DNA from: Parcubacteria bacterium C7867-006
GTDB taxonomy: Bacteria; Patescibacteriota; Minisyncoccia; Phycocordibacterales; DATDWN01
DNA: 64,000 nucleotides
Direction of reading: 5' to 3'
Assembly: GCA_001189155.1 (NCBI GenBank)
Contig: LFCP01000004.1
Location: 133,618-197,617, forward strand
Part shown: positions 53,271-62,680 of the stretch, piece by piece
How positions within the stretch are numbered: position 1 is the stretch's first letter
How the letters are laid out: each line of letters starts with the position of its first letter
The notes under the pieces: model-generated
Told to the model about the DNA's origin: nothing
What the model saw: the letters and a program-made list of their open reading frames with translations, nothing else
Databases searched by the model: none
Translations under genes and position numbers: made by a program

Positions 53271-53912
53271 TTAAATAGCTTCAAGAATAACGATCTCACC
53301 TTCTTTACCCTCAACATCTTTTCTTTTTATGGTTAATTTATCTATAGGTTTTACTCCCTCTTCTCCAGATTCTTTCAAAAACTTTTTAAGAGCATCTTTT
53401 TCGCCAACATCTCCAAAGTGGCTAGGTATTATGATTTTTGGTTCAAACTGTACAGCTAGTTTGTGAGCAGTGGCTGAATCTAGAACATTATCTCCTCCAA
53501 TAGGAACAAACAAAATATCAACTGACTCTAAACCTTCTTTTGCTTCAGAAGAAAGCTTTTCATCAGAAAGAGCACCGAGAAAACCGAGATTAATCCCTTC
53601 AAGTGAAACTGTATATACAGTATTTATATGCTCTTTACCTCCGTATGTAGAACCAGACAAAAAACCCTTTATGAAAACACCCTGAACTTCGTACTCGCCA
53701 GGACCTTGGATAACAAAGGACTCTTTTTCTCCACGAGAAGTCTGCTCAACTCCGTTGTGCTCAGGTGAGTTTATAGAGACCAAAGTTATATCGCTTCCGA
53801 ACTTTGTTGATTTAAGTTTTGAATCTTTTGAAATAGGATTTACAGCAATAGTTGTATCTCCGAATGAAACTTTGAAAAAATCTGCTCCGTGGTATGTGAT
53901 TATCATACCCAC
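53271..53912 (-). CDS. MBL-fold hydrolase-like protein (UPF0173-like)
   Basis: 213 aa with a beta-lactamase-fold pattern. The canonical HxHxDH is degenerate. Confidence 0.55.
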   Translation of the reverse strand: MGMIITYHGADFFKVSFGDTTIAVNPISKDSKLKSTKFGSDITLVSINSPEHNGVEQTSRGEKESFVIQGPGEYEVQGVFIKGFLSGSTYGGKEHINTVYTVSLEGINLGFLGALSDEKLSSEAKEGLESVDILFVPIGGDNVLDSATAHKLAVQFEPKIIIPSHFGDVGEKDALKKFLKESGEEGVKPIDKLTIKRKDVEGKEGEIVILEAI

Positions 53913-54068
53913 AGTGTAGCAAAAAACCTATACATTTCAAATGTATTGCAAAATGGGCATTTTTGGGTATACTTACTCTCTGTATATTAATAGCCGCAAT
54001 AGGACTTAACCTCGACCCATCCGGACACAGTAGTTAGGGATTGAAAAGCCTGGAGCACATATACTAAA

Positions 54069-55199
54069 ATGGCAAAAGCACAAGTTATTGAGGAGGAAAT
54101 AATGGAGGAGGCTGAAGTAAGTAAAAAGACTAGCACTATGGACAAAGTCCTAGATGCATCATCAAATCCCCCATCTATCGACGACGTAGTCGAAGGTAAA
54201 GTTATAGGTATAGAGAAATCAGCAGTTTATATAGATATACCACCTTTTGGAACTGGTATTATTTTTGGACGTGAGTATATAAATGCACGAGACATTATAA
54301 AGAAAATTAACGTCGGAGACTCTGTTGCAGGTAAGGTTGTTAGTATTTCTAACAAAGACGGTTACATAGAGATATCTCTAAAGGAAGCTAGACAAGCTCT
54401 AATCTGGTCAGAAGCAGAGGATGCTATCAGAGACAAGAAAATCTTTGAACTTCCTGTACAGGAAGCAAACAAAGGAGGACTTATCCTTTCATGGCAAGGT
54501 ATTTCTGGATTCCTTCCAGCTTCACAGCTTAAAACAGAGCACTATCCACGAGTTTCAGACGGAGACAAAGATAGAATTCTAGAAGAGCTAAAGAAACTAG
54601 TTGGTCAGAAAATCTCTGTTGCTATAATAGGCGCTTCTCCAAAAGAAGGTAAACTTATCTTCTCAGAGAAGAACCCTGAACAGAAAAACAAAGACTACAT
54701 AATCGGTAAATACCAGCTTAACGACGAAGTTATGGGTGAAGTTACAGGAATGGTAGACTTTGGTGTATTCGTAAAGCTTGAGGAAGGTCTAGAAGGTTTA
54801 GTACACATTTCAGAGATAGACTGGGCACTAGTTGAAAACCCAAAACTTCTATTCCATATCGGAGAGAAAATCAAAGTAAAAATTATTGAAATCAAGGACG
54901 GAAAGATATCTCTATCTATCAAGGCTTTGAAGGAAAATCCTTGGAAAGACGCAGAAAAGAAATACAAAAAGGATGACGTTGTTGAGGGTGTTGTTATTAA
55001 ATTCAACAAACATGGAGCTCTTGCTTCTATTGAAGAAGGTATAGCAGGACTCGTTCACATATCAGAGTTTGGATCAGATGAGAAACTTCATGATGCACTA
55101 GAACTTGGGAAAAACTACAAGTTCAAAATAACAATGTTTGATGCAAAGGAACAAAAAATGACACTTTCATTTGTTGATCCTAATAAAAAAGCTGAGTAA
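54069..55199 (+). CDS. rpsA: 30S ribosomal protein S1 (four S1 domains)
   Basis: Repeated G.V..v..fG.FV.l...GL.HiSE blocks. Upstream lie TTGCAA-N16-TATACT and a ~100-nt leader. Confidence 0.85.
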   Translation: MAKAQVIEEEIMEEAEVSKKTSTMDKVLDASSNPPSIDDVVEGKVIGIEKSAVYIDIPPFGTGIIFGREYINARDIIKKINVGDSVAGKVVSISNKDGYIEISLKEARQALIWSEAEDAIRDKKIFELPVQEANKGGLILSWQGISGFLPASQLKTEHYPRVSDGDKDRILEELKKLVGQKISVAIIGASPKEGKLIFSEKNPEQKNKDYIIGKYQLNDEVMGEVTGMVDFGVFVKLEEGLEGLVHISEIDWALVENPKLLFHIGEKIKVKIIEIKDGKISLSIKALKENPWKDAEKKYKKDDVVEGVVIKFNKHGALASIEEGIAGLVHISEFGSDEKLHDALELGKNYKFKITMFDAKEQKMTLSFVDPNKKAE

Positions 55200-55223
55200 T
55201 TAAAAAATATTCAGATAGCAGAT

Positions 55224-55251
55224 AGGGCGGCCCGTGAGGACCGCCCTTTTT
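55224..55251 (+). terminator. AGGGCGG-N10-CCGCCCT followed by TTTT
   Basis: Lies after the rpsA stop. Confidence 0.7.
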
Positions 55252-55270
55252 GTGTTAATCGAGTGAGGAA

Positions 55271-55591
55271 TCAATCGTTTTCGCGTTCGAACTCGTCGTC
55301 CTTATGATCCTTCCGACGCTTTTTCTCGACCGACAGTTTCTTTCGCTCGAGGATCTGGACGAGTTGTTCCGCCATCTCCTTGTGGTGTGATGGCAAACGA
55401 CTCGGCCAACTCTCAAGCCTAGAATGTACGAGAGCGATGAGCTCGTCGTGACCGGTCCGAATATCGAGCCTCATCATGAACCTCATGAAGTGGAATTCGA
55501 TACCCGTATCGATAGAAGCCGTTCGCATCTCCTTGATGAACGCCTCCGAAATCGAAAGCTCCTCGTCATCCTCAGACACTCGCTGCGCCAT
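55271..55591 (-). CDS. GC-rich ORFan cassette (acidic/basic helical protein)
   Basis: The start is set at ATG 55591 (MAQRVSEDDE) with AAGGAG 6 nt upstream. The promoter is TTGACT-N16-TACTCT. 106 aa. Confidence 0.5.
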   Translation of the reverse strand: MAQRVSEDDEELSISEAFIKEMRTASIDTGIEFHFMRFMMRLDIRTGHDELIALVHSRLESWPSRLPSHHKEMAEQLVQILERKKLSVEKKRRKDHKDDEFEREND

Positions 55592-55642
55592 ATGTACTCC
55601 TTCAGTCTGCCAGAGTAACACTTTAATCGATTTAGTCAATTT

Positions 55643-56230
55643 CTAATTAAATCCTGTCATTGCTTTCTCCAAACCGTCAGATACAAAAACTTCTAGAGCT
55701 TCATTCACACCCTTTGAAAGCTTCTTCAGCTCCTTTATTTCTTCGTCTTTAAACTTTCCAAGTATTACTTTTGTTACAGCATCCTCACCTTTTGGTTTCT
55801 TTATCTTTCCGCTTGGTGTTGTAGGAGAAATCCCCACTCGAACGCGAGCGAACTTTTCTGTTTTTATGCTTTTTATTATCGACTCAAGTCCCCTATGCCC
55901 TCCAGATGATTTATTAAAGGAGATTTTTGAAACTCCGAAAGGTAAATCAAGATCATCATATATCACCATCATTTTTTCTGCAGATTTTACACTAGTAACA
56001 AGAGGCTTCACTGATTTTCCAGAATTGTTCATAAAAGTTTCTGGCAGAACTAAAGTAACAGGAGTTTTACCTACTTTTACTTTTGCTACAGTTGCATTTA
56101 GTTTTTTATCTAGTTTCCATTCTGCATCCAAAGACTTTCCAAACAATTCAACAAGCATCCTACCTGTGTTATGCCTTGTTTCCTTGTATTCATCTCCAGG
56201 ATTACCTAGACCAACTATTATATATGCCAT
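55643..56230 (-). CDS. pth: Peptidyl-tRNA hydrolase
   Basis: IVGLGNPG..Y..TRHN and GGHRGL. Confidence 0.9.
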   Translation of the reverse strand: MAYIIVGLGNPGDEYKETRHNTGRMLVELFGKSLDAEWKLDKKLNATVAKVKVGKTPVTLVLPETFMNNSGKSVKPLVTSVKSAEKMMVIYDDLDLPFGVSKISFNKSSGGHRGLESIIKSIKTEKFARVRVGISPTTPSGKIKKPKGEDAVTKVILGKFKDEEIKELKKLSKGVNEALEVFVSDGLEKAMTGFN

Positions 56231-56419
56231 ACTGACTATACTACCACAACAAATAATCTCGTCGACTCATGATTTTTTTGGAACATCGCGGAGCGCGTGA
56301 AGACGTGAGCGCGAAGAAAATTTTCAGCAGAAAATTATTCTGTTTCCAAAAAAGTTATGAGGAAAAAGAGATTATGAAATTAATTTGTGTCAAACCATAT
56401 TTGGCTGTATAATGCAGCC

Positions 56420-57058
56420 ATGAATCCGGAAAAAGCTCCTATAGAAGCCATAAATACGCCAGAAAATGAACCTAGCTGGTGGAGTAAAGAGGGTCTAAAA
56501 TCTCTCGGAAAAGATGTTGGAGTATTTGCTTTTGTAGCTCTCTTTATAATACTTCCATTTAGAATATATGTAGCAGAGCCATATCTTGTAGATGGTCGTT
56601 CAATGGACCCAACTTTTTCTACAGGTGACTATCTTATTGTAGACAAACTATCAGAAATAAAAAGAAATGATGTGGTTGTTTTTAAAGCAGTTAACGCAAA
56701 CCAACCAAACAAAAGTTTTATAAAAAGAATTATTGGTCTTCCAGGAGAAACCGTAATTGTAAAAGATAATACCGTAAAAATAATCAACTCTGAGAATCCA
56801 GATGGATTCACATTGGATCAATCTTATATAACTCACAAATCTACAGGTAGTTACCAAAAAACTCTAGCTGGTGATGAATATTTTGTTATGGGAGACAATA
56901 GAGCCGAGAGTTATGACTCTCGTTATTGGGGGGCTCTTAATAGAGTATATATCACTGGTAAACCCATAGTCAGACTGTTTGGTATAAAAACATATGGACC
57001 AATGCCGGTTCCATTGTTAAATAAGTTTGATATTCTACCAGGAAAAGAAACTGAGTAA
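56420..57058 (+). CDS. lepB: Signal peptidase I
   Basis: GRSMDPTF and GDNRAESYDSRYWG. The start is set at ATG 56420, 7 nt after TATAAT (56407-56412). Confidence 0.85.
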   Translation: MNPEKAPIEAINTPENEPSWWSKEGLKSLGKDVGVFAFVALFIILPFRIYVAEPYLVDGRSMDPTFSTGDYLIVDKLSEIKRNDVVVFKAVNANQPNKSFIKRIIGLPGETVIVKDNTVKIINSENPDGFTLDQSYITHKSTGSYQKTLAGDEYFVMGDNRAESYDSRYWGALNRVYITGKPIVRLFGIKTYGPMPVPLLNKFDILPGKETE

Positions 57059-57073
57059 TTAACAAAAATCACT

Positions 57074-58273
57074 ATGGCCAAAAAAGAAGCAGTAAAGGAA
57101 AACTCTCATCTAGAAATCATTTGTGACAAAGTTGGAGAAATAGCTATTAACTATGGTTTTAATGTTATAAAAGCTCCAAACATAACAAGTGATGACTTGC
57201 ACAAATCAAAACAGTTCAAAGAATTTGATCATTACAATGATGTAGAAGAAAAAGTTGCTCTAACAAGATGGTATATGGATAAAAGAATGGACCTAGAAGC
57301 TCAGCCACTTGCCATTCACTACAAAAAGCCTCTTTCAGGAGGTCCTAACAAAAAGAAAACTAATGTTGAAACATATGGTTTTGAGATTATGGGAAGTAAC
57401 AGATCAACTAGTGAATCCTTGATATTAAAATGCGTAATTGCTGTATTAGAAGAGCTAGGATACAAGGATCTTTTTGTTGATATAAACAGTATTGGAGATC
57501 GTGAATCAATAGCTAGATTTGAAAGAGAAATAAATTCTTATTTCAGAAAACACGCCCATACCCTACCATCAAAAATAAAACTAGACTTTAAGAAAAACCA
57601 CTACGAAATACTGAAAAATAATCCTGAAGAAGCTAAGGAATTTTTGAAAAATGCCCCACAAACAGTTGGCTCTCTATCTGATGTTGCAAGACTACACCTA
57701 AAAGAAGTTCTGGAAAGTGTTGAGGCTTTTAATGTTGCATATAAAATAAAACCGAATCTAGTTTCAAATAAACACTATGCCTCATATACTATTTTCGAAA
57801 TAAGACAAATATCAGATAAAAAAGATGAGGATGGCGAACTTCTAGCTTATGGTTACAGATACAACCATCTAGCAAAAAAACTTGGTGGTAAAAGAGAGAT
57901 TCCTTCTATTGGAGCAACTATAATAGCAAAGAAGAATCACTCTTTAGCAAAAAAGGTTATAATAAAAAATATAAAAAAACCAAAATTCTACCTAGTTCAA
58001 CTTGGTAATACAGCAAAACTTAAGGCTTTAAATGTTGTTGAATTACTGCGAAAAAATAAGATCCCCGTATATCACTCTATAACAAAAGACAAGATAACAG
58101 GCCAACTAAACGGCGCTGAATATATGAAATCCACCCATGTGCTTATTATGGGCCAAAAAGAGGCCATAGAGAACAGTATGGTGGTTAGAAACATCCTAAA
58201 CAGAGAACAAGAAACTGTCCCTATAGCCAACCTCGTAGAATTCCTAAAAAACCTAGATAAAAGCAAAAAATAG
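57074..58273 (+). CDS. Histidyl-tRNA synthetase-like protein with degenerate catalytic motifs
   Basis: HisRS-like blocks (YGFEIMGSN, DINSIGD, GYRYNHL..GGK..PSIGATI) plus a class IIa anticodon-binding-like C-terminus. The motif 2 arginines are not evident. Confidence 0.5.
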   Translation: MAKKEAVKENSHLEIICDKVGEIAINYGFNVIKAPNITSDDLHKSKQFKEFDHYNDVEEKVALTRWYMDKRMDLEAQPLAIHYKKPLSGGPNKKKTNVETYGFEIMGSNRSTSESLILKCVIAVLEELGYKDLFVDINSIGDRESIARFEREINSYFRKHAHTLPSKIKLDFKKNHYEILKNNPEEAKEFLKNAPQTVGSLSDVARLHLKEVLESVEAFNVAYKIKPNLVSNKHYASYTIFEIRQISDKKDEDGELLAYGYRYNHLAKKLGGKREIPSIGATIIAKKNHSLAKKVIIKNIKKPKFYLVQLGNTAKLKALNVVELLRKNKIPVYHSITKDKITGQLNGAEYMKSTHVLIMGQKEAIENSMVVRNILNREQETVPIANLVEFLKNLDKSKK

Positions 58274-58321
58274 AGCCTAAGTCTTGAATTTTATAGACGA
58301 TTATGTTAGAGTAACCCCCAT

Positions 58322-58567
58322 ATGATAAACGCAGAAGTAGTAAGAACAGGCAGTGAAAATAACCTAAACCTTATCCGACGATTTACCAAAAAAGTCCAAG
58401 GTTCTGGTGTTTTACCTCGTGTTCGAAGTATTCGATACGCAACTAGAAAGCAGTCTGAATATGTAAAACAAAAGAAAACTCTTAAAGTTCTAAAGAGAAG
58501 AGAGGAGGTGTCTGAAATGATTAAGATGGGAAAAATGAACGAATTCACAGGACGAGGAAAAAAGTAA
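58322..58567 (+). CDS. rpsU: 30S ribosomal protein S21
   Basis: V.V...E....ALRRFKK-like LIRRFTKKV and a basic tail. Confidence 0.85.
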   Translation: MINAEVVRTGSENNLNLIRRFTKKVQGSGVLPRVRSIRYATRKQSEYVKQKKTLKVLKRREEVSEMIKMGKMNEFTGRGKK

Positions 58568-58568
58568 A

Positions 58569-58955
58569 ATGAATTCTGAGACATTCACAATAACAAACAA
58601 GACTAAAGGTGCGCTCCCAAGCGTGCCTTTTGCAAAAATAAAAGATATTGCAATGGGTAAGGGTTATTCCCTATCTCTAGTTTTTATAGGAGAAAGAAGA
58701 TCAAAAAAGTTAAATGGAAGTTACCGAAACAAAAATAAATCAACAAATGTTTTAAGTTTCACTTTAGATAAAAAAAATGGAGAAATTTTTATAACTCCAG
58801 CTGTTGTAAAAAAACAAACCAAAAAATTTGGGAGAAATTTTCAAAATCTTGTTGCATTTTTGTTTATCCACGGTTTGATGCATTTGAAAGGAATGGACCA
58901 TGGTAGTACAATGGAAAGAGCGGAACAAAAGTTGCGAAAGCAGTTTGGAATTTAG
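58569..58955 (+). CDS. ybeY: rRNA maturation RNase YbeY
   Basis: HGLMHLKGMDH (HxxxHxxGxxH). Confidence 0.85.
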   Translation: MNSETFTITNKTKGALPSVPFAKIKDIAMGKGYSLSLVFIGERRSKKLNGSYRNKNKSTNVLSFTLDKKNGEIFITPAVVKKQTKKFGRNFQNLVAFLFIHGLMHLKGMDHGSTMERAEQKLRKQFGI

Positions 58956-58984
58956 TAAAAATTTTTCTCCGCACCATTTCACTA

Positions 58985-60166
58985 ATGATGCGTAATATTA
59001 CAGTAGGAATAGATATTGGAACATACCAAGTAAAAGTGGTAGTGGCAGAACTTGTTAGAGAAAATAACAAAAATGTAACAAAAATACTAGGTACTGGGCT
59101 AACAGAATCAAAAGGTTTAAGGCATGGTTATATTATAAACAGCGCTGATGTTACTCAAAGCATACAAACAGCTGTAAGACAAGCGGAAAAAACATCTGGA
59201 GTTAAAATAAATAAAGCCTATGTTGCTGTTGGCGGCATAGGCCTTTCTGGTATCACATCCAGCTCTAGCACTATGATAGGTAGAGCTGATTTGCAAATAA
59301 CTGATCTTGATATAGAAAAACTCAATGAAATCTGCGAGGAAAACATCTCTCCGAATCTAATTCAGAACCACAGAATACTTCACAGTATTCCTCTTTCATA
59401 CAAAATAGATGGAAAACCTGTTCTAGCAAAAACACCTTTAGATATGAAAGGTACAAAACTAGAAGTTAAAATGCTTTTTATAACATGCCTTGAGGCCCAC
59501 TTAAACGACCTGCTAGAAGCTATAGATCAAGCAGGTATAGAAGTAATAGATGTAATGGCCTCACCTATTGCAGCTTCTTTTGTAACTTTAACTAAAGCTC
59601 AGAAAATAGCTGGATGTGTACTAGCAAACATAGGAGCAGAAACCATAACTATTGTTATTTTTGAAAACAATATTCCTATTTCTCTAGAAGTCTTCCCTAT
59701 TGGCTCAACTGATATTACAAACGACATAGCCCTTGGCTTAAAAATCCCACTTGAAGAAGCAGAAAATATAAAAATTGGAGGACTAACATCAACTACTTAT
59801 TCAAAAAAGAAACTAGATGAGATAGTTACAGCAAGACTTACTGATATGTTTGAATTAATAGAAAATCATCTGAAAAAAGTTGGAAGAAACGGATTGCTTC
59901 CTGCAGGAATATTTATAACTGGAGGAGGTGGTGGTATTGGAACAATAGAAGATTTTGCAAAAGCCGCATTAAAACTACCATCAAGAATAGCAAGTATGAC
60001 TTTAGGAGAGCAAAAAAGTAGTGTGAAGGATTCTACTTGGGCTGTGGCTTATGGTTTGTGTATGCTTGGCTTTTCAAAAGAAGAAAAAAGAAATCTTGGA
60101 ATAAAAAACTCAATGAGTAGAACTGGTGCAAAATTACTAAACTTTTTCAAACAATTCTTACCTTAA
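58985..60166 (+). CDS. ftsA: Cell division protein FtsA
   Basis: Actin-fold phosphate motifs VGIDIGT and ANIGAETIT. Located upstream of ftsZ. Confidence 0.9.
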   Translation: MMRNITVGIDIGTYQVKVVVAELVRENNKNVTKILGTGLTESKGLRHGYIINSADVTQSIQTAVRQAEKTSGVKINKAYVAVGGIGLSGITSSSSTMIGRADLQITDLDIEKLNEICEENISPNLIQNHRILHSIPLSYKIDGKPVLAKTPLDMKGTKLEVKMLFITCLEAHLNDLLEAIDQAGIEVIDVMASPIAASFVTLTKAQKIAGCVLANIGAETITIVIFENNIPISLEVFPIGSTDITNDIALGLKIPLEEAENIKIGGLTSTTYSKKKLDEIVTARLTDMFELIENHLKKVGRNGLLPAGIFITGGGGGIGTIEDFAKAALKLPSRIASMTLGEQKSSVKDSTWAVAYGLCMLGFSKEEKRNLGIKNSMSRTGAKLLNFFKQFLP

Positions 60167-60311
60167 TCGAAAGAAAATAGCTAAAATTAATGATTTATAA
60201 GAGCACAATTGACGCCATAAAGTCAACTGTTTTTATTTATAGACTTTGATGATATAGTACTGGTACGACAGAGAAGGATAAGAGATTTAACTGTAATAAA
60301 ACCTTAAAAAT

Positions 60312-61475
60312 ATGCCTCAAATTAAACCAGAAGTAGAAGCATTTGCACGAATAAAAGTCCTTGGAATTGGAGGTTCTGGAAAGAACGCTCTAAACCACAT
60401 GATTAACTCCAAAGTAAAAGGGGTTGATTTTATTGCTGTAAACACAGATTCTCAAGACTTACACCACGTTCAAGCTAAAAGAAAAATCCACATTGGAAAA
60501 AACTTGACTCGAGGACTTGGAGCTGGAATGAATCCTGAGCTCGGAAAAAGAGCAGTAGAAGAAACAAAGGAAGAAATCCAAGAAGCGATCAAAGGTGCTG
60601 ATATGGCTTTTATCACTTGCGGACTTGGAGGAGGGACTGGAACAGGTGCAGCCCCTATCGTAGCTAGAATAGCAAAAGAAATGGGAGCTCTAACAGTGGC
60701 TGTTGTTACAAAGCCCTTCTTTTTCGAAGGACAACAGAGAATGAAACTAGCTGAGGCTGGACTTGAGGAACTACGAGGTGCAGTTGATGCAATCATTGTT
60801 ATTCCAAACGATAGACTTCTCTCAACTATTTCAAAGGAGACTACTGCAAAATCAGCTTTTGCAATCTGTGATGATGTTCTAAAGTCGGCTGTAGAAGGAA
60901 TCTCAGACCTTATTACTACTCCAGGTATCATCAACATCGACTTCGCAGATATTAAAGCTGTGATGGCTGATGCTGGTTCAGCTCTTATGGGTATTGGAGT
61001 TGCTACAGGCGAGAAAAGAGCAGAAGAAGCCGCAAAGATGGCCATTAACTCCCCTCTACTAGAAGTTTCAATAAACGGTGCAAAGGGAGTTCTATTCTCT
61101 ATTGCTGGAGGAGATGATTTGGGAATGTTTGAAATCCAGGACGCTGCAAAAATCATCACTGAATCAGTTGATCCAAATGCACGAATTATTTTTGGTACAG
61201 TAAAAGACGATAAACTAAAGAAGGGTGAGGTTAAAATCACAGTTATAGCGTCAAACTTCCCAGAAAACTTTAACAAGAAAACCCTATTCCAATCTTCACC
61301 TACAGTCTCAACTCCAGCGCCAAAAAGAGAAGAACCAGTAGAAGAAAAAGGTAAAATCTACAACTCTATCCCAACTCAAAGCAGTACTACAGAAGAACCT
61401 AAAAAAATAATTGATGATGAGGATGATGAATGGGGTGCAGTGCCAGCATTTCTAAGAAGGTCAAAGATCAAATAA
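60312..61475 (+). CDS. ftsZ: Cell division protein FtsZ
   Basis: GGGTGTGAAP signature, NTDSQ, and a C-terminal conserved peptide DEWGAVPAFLRR. Confidence 0.95.
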   Translation: MPQIKPEVEAFARIKVLGIGGSGKNALNHMINSKVKGVDFIAVNTDSQDLHHVQAKRKIHIGKNLTRGLGAGMNPELGKRAVEETKEEIQEAIKGADMAFITCGLGGGTGTGAAPIVARIAKEMGALTVAVVTKPFFFEGQQRMKLAEAGLEELRGAVDAIIVIPNDRLLSTISKETTAKSAFAICDDVLKSAVEGISDLITTPGIINIDFADIKAVMADAGSALMGIGVATGEKRAEEAAKMAINSPLLEVSINGAKGVLFSIAGGDDLGMFEIQDAAKIITESVDPNARIIFGTVKDDKLKKGEVKITVIASNFPENFNKKTLFQSSPTVSTPAPKREEPVEEKGKIYNSIPTQSSTTEEPKKIIDDEDDEWGAVPAFLRRSKIK

Positions 61476-61480
61476 TAAAA

Positions 61481-61509
61481 TAGCCTCCGAACGGAGGCTA
61501 TTTTATTTT
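61481..61509 (+). terminator. TAGCCTCC-GAAC-GGAGGCTA followed by TTTT
   Basis: Lies after the ftsZ stop. Confidence 0.75.
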
Positions 61510-61536
61510 CCTATAATCCTGATATACTGAAATTCT

Positions 61537-62460
61537 ATGACATACGACTTAATCATAATCGGAGGTGGACCAGCAGGAGTATCTGCTGGTGTTTACGCTG
61601 CTAGAAAAAAATTAAAGACTCTACTTATTGCTCCAGAATTCGGAGGACAAAGTATAGTATCAGAAGGAATTGAAAACTGGATAGGAACAATAAAAATACC
61701 AGGTTCCGAATTAGCAGAAAACCTTAAAAAACACTTGTTGGCTTATGCTAATGATTCAGTTGTGGTAAAAGAAGGAGAAAGTGTAAAAGATATCAAAAAA
61801 GATACTGAAGGTTTTATTGTTTTAACAGATGATGGAGAATACTCAACAAAAACTATTTTGATTGCCACTGGAAGCACTAGACGAAAACTAGATGTTCTTG
61901 GAGCAGAAGAATTTGATAATAAAGGTTTAACATACTGCGCCTCTTGTGATGGCCCTTTATTCGCTGGCCAGGATGTTGTTGTTATTGGAGGTGGAAACGC
62001 AGCGTTTGAAACTTCAGCTCAACTACTAGCCTACTGTAAAAGCGTAACTCTACTAAATAGATCGGATAAATTTAAAGCTGATGAAATTACAATAAACAGA
62101 CTGAAAGAAAATAGTCATTTCAAAGTGATCACAAATGCTATACCAAAAGAAATAAAAGGTGATAAATTTGTCTCGTCTATTGTATATGAGGATGCTGCGA
62201 CAAACGAAACTCATGAGATACAAACTCCTGCAGTTTTTGTAGAAATCGGGTTAATTCCAACAACTTATTTCGCTAAAAATATTATTAACCTAAATCAAAT
62301 CGGGCAAATACCAGTAAATCCAAAAACACAACAAACAGAAGTAAAAGGTATTTGGGCTGCCGGAGACTGTACTGACGGTCTATATCACCAGAACAATATT
62401 GCATCAGGTGACGCTGTTAAAGCCCTAGAGGACATCTACGTTAACCTACATACTAAGTAA
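61537..62460 (+). CDS. trxB: Thioredoxin-disulfide reductase
   Basis: GGGPAG, redox-active CASCDG, and GGGNAA. Confidence 0.9.
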   Translation: MTYDLIIIGGGPAGVSAGVYAARKKLKTLLIAPEFGGQSIVSEGIENWIGTIKIPGSELAENLKKHLLAYANDSVVVKEGESVKDIKKDTEGFIVLTDDGEYSTKTILIATGSTRRKLDVLGAEEFDNKGLTYCASCDGPLFAGQDVVVIGGGNAAFETSAQLLAYCKSVTLLNRSDKFKADEITINRLKENSHFKVITNAIPKEIKGDKFVSSIVYEDAATNETHEIQTPAVFVEIGLIPTTYFAKNIINLNQIGQIPVNPKTQQTEVKGIWAAGDCTDGLYHQNNIASGDAVKALEDIYVNLHTK

Positions 62461-62463
62461 AAG

Positions 62464-62535
62464 TGACCTTACCGGGAATCGAACCCGGATTGCAGCCTTG
62501 AAAAGGCCGCGTCCTAACCGTTAGACGATAAGGCC
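62464..62535 (-). tRNA. tRNA-Glu (anticodon TTC)
   Basis: Anticodon arm CGGCC-TTTTCAA-GGCTG and T-loop TTCGATT. Confidence 0.85.
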
Positions 62536-62603
62536 AACAGCACAGCAAAACTATAGCATTTTTTGTAAAAAAAGCAAAAATATGCTAGTTTTACTGTGTT
62601 AAC

Positions 62604-62676
62604 GCGCGGTTAGCTCAGTTGGTAGAGCATCTCATTGACGTTGAGAGGGTCAGAGGTTCGAGTCCTCTATCGCGCA
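62604..62676 (+). tRNA. tRNA-Val (anticodon GAC)
   Basis: Anticodon arm TCTCA-TTGACGT-TGAGA and T-loop TTCGAGT. Confidence 0.9.
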
Positions 62677-62680
62677 CAAA

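Noticed and set aside
56275-56335. A short GC-rich patch with the near-tandem repeat GAGCGCG(T)GAAGA ... GAGCGCGAAGA between pth and lepB.
   Set aside because: There are only two short copies, with no hairpin, ORF or flanking signals. It may be a decayed remnant, but the evidence is too slim to call.
60470-61276. 268-aa ORF antisense to ftsZ. Likewise 22207-22908 antisense to topA, 55866-56300 antisense to pth, and many 60-130-aa antisense ORFs inside core genes.
   Set aside because: The opposite strand encodes unmistakable conserved proteins, and the antisense translations are low-complexity.
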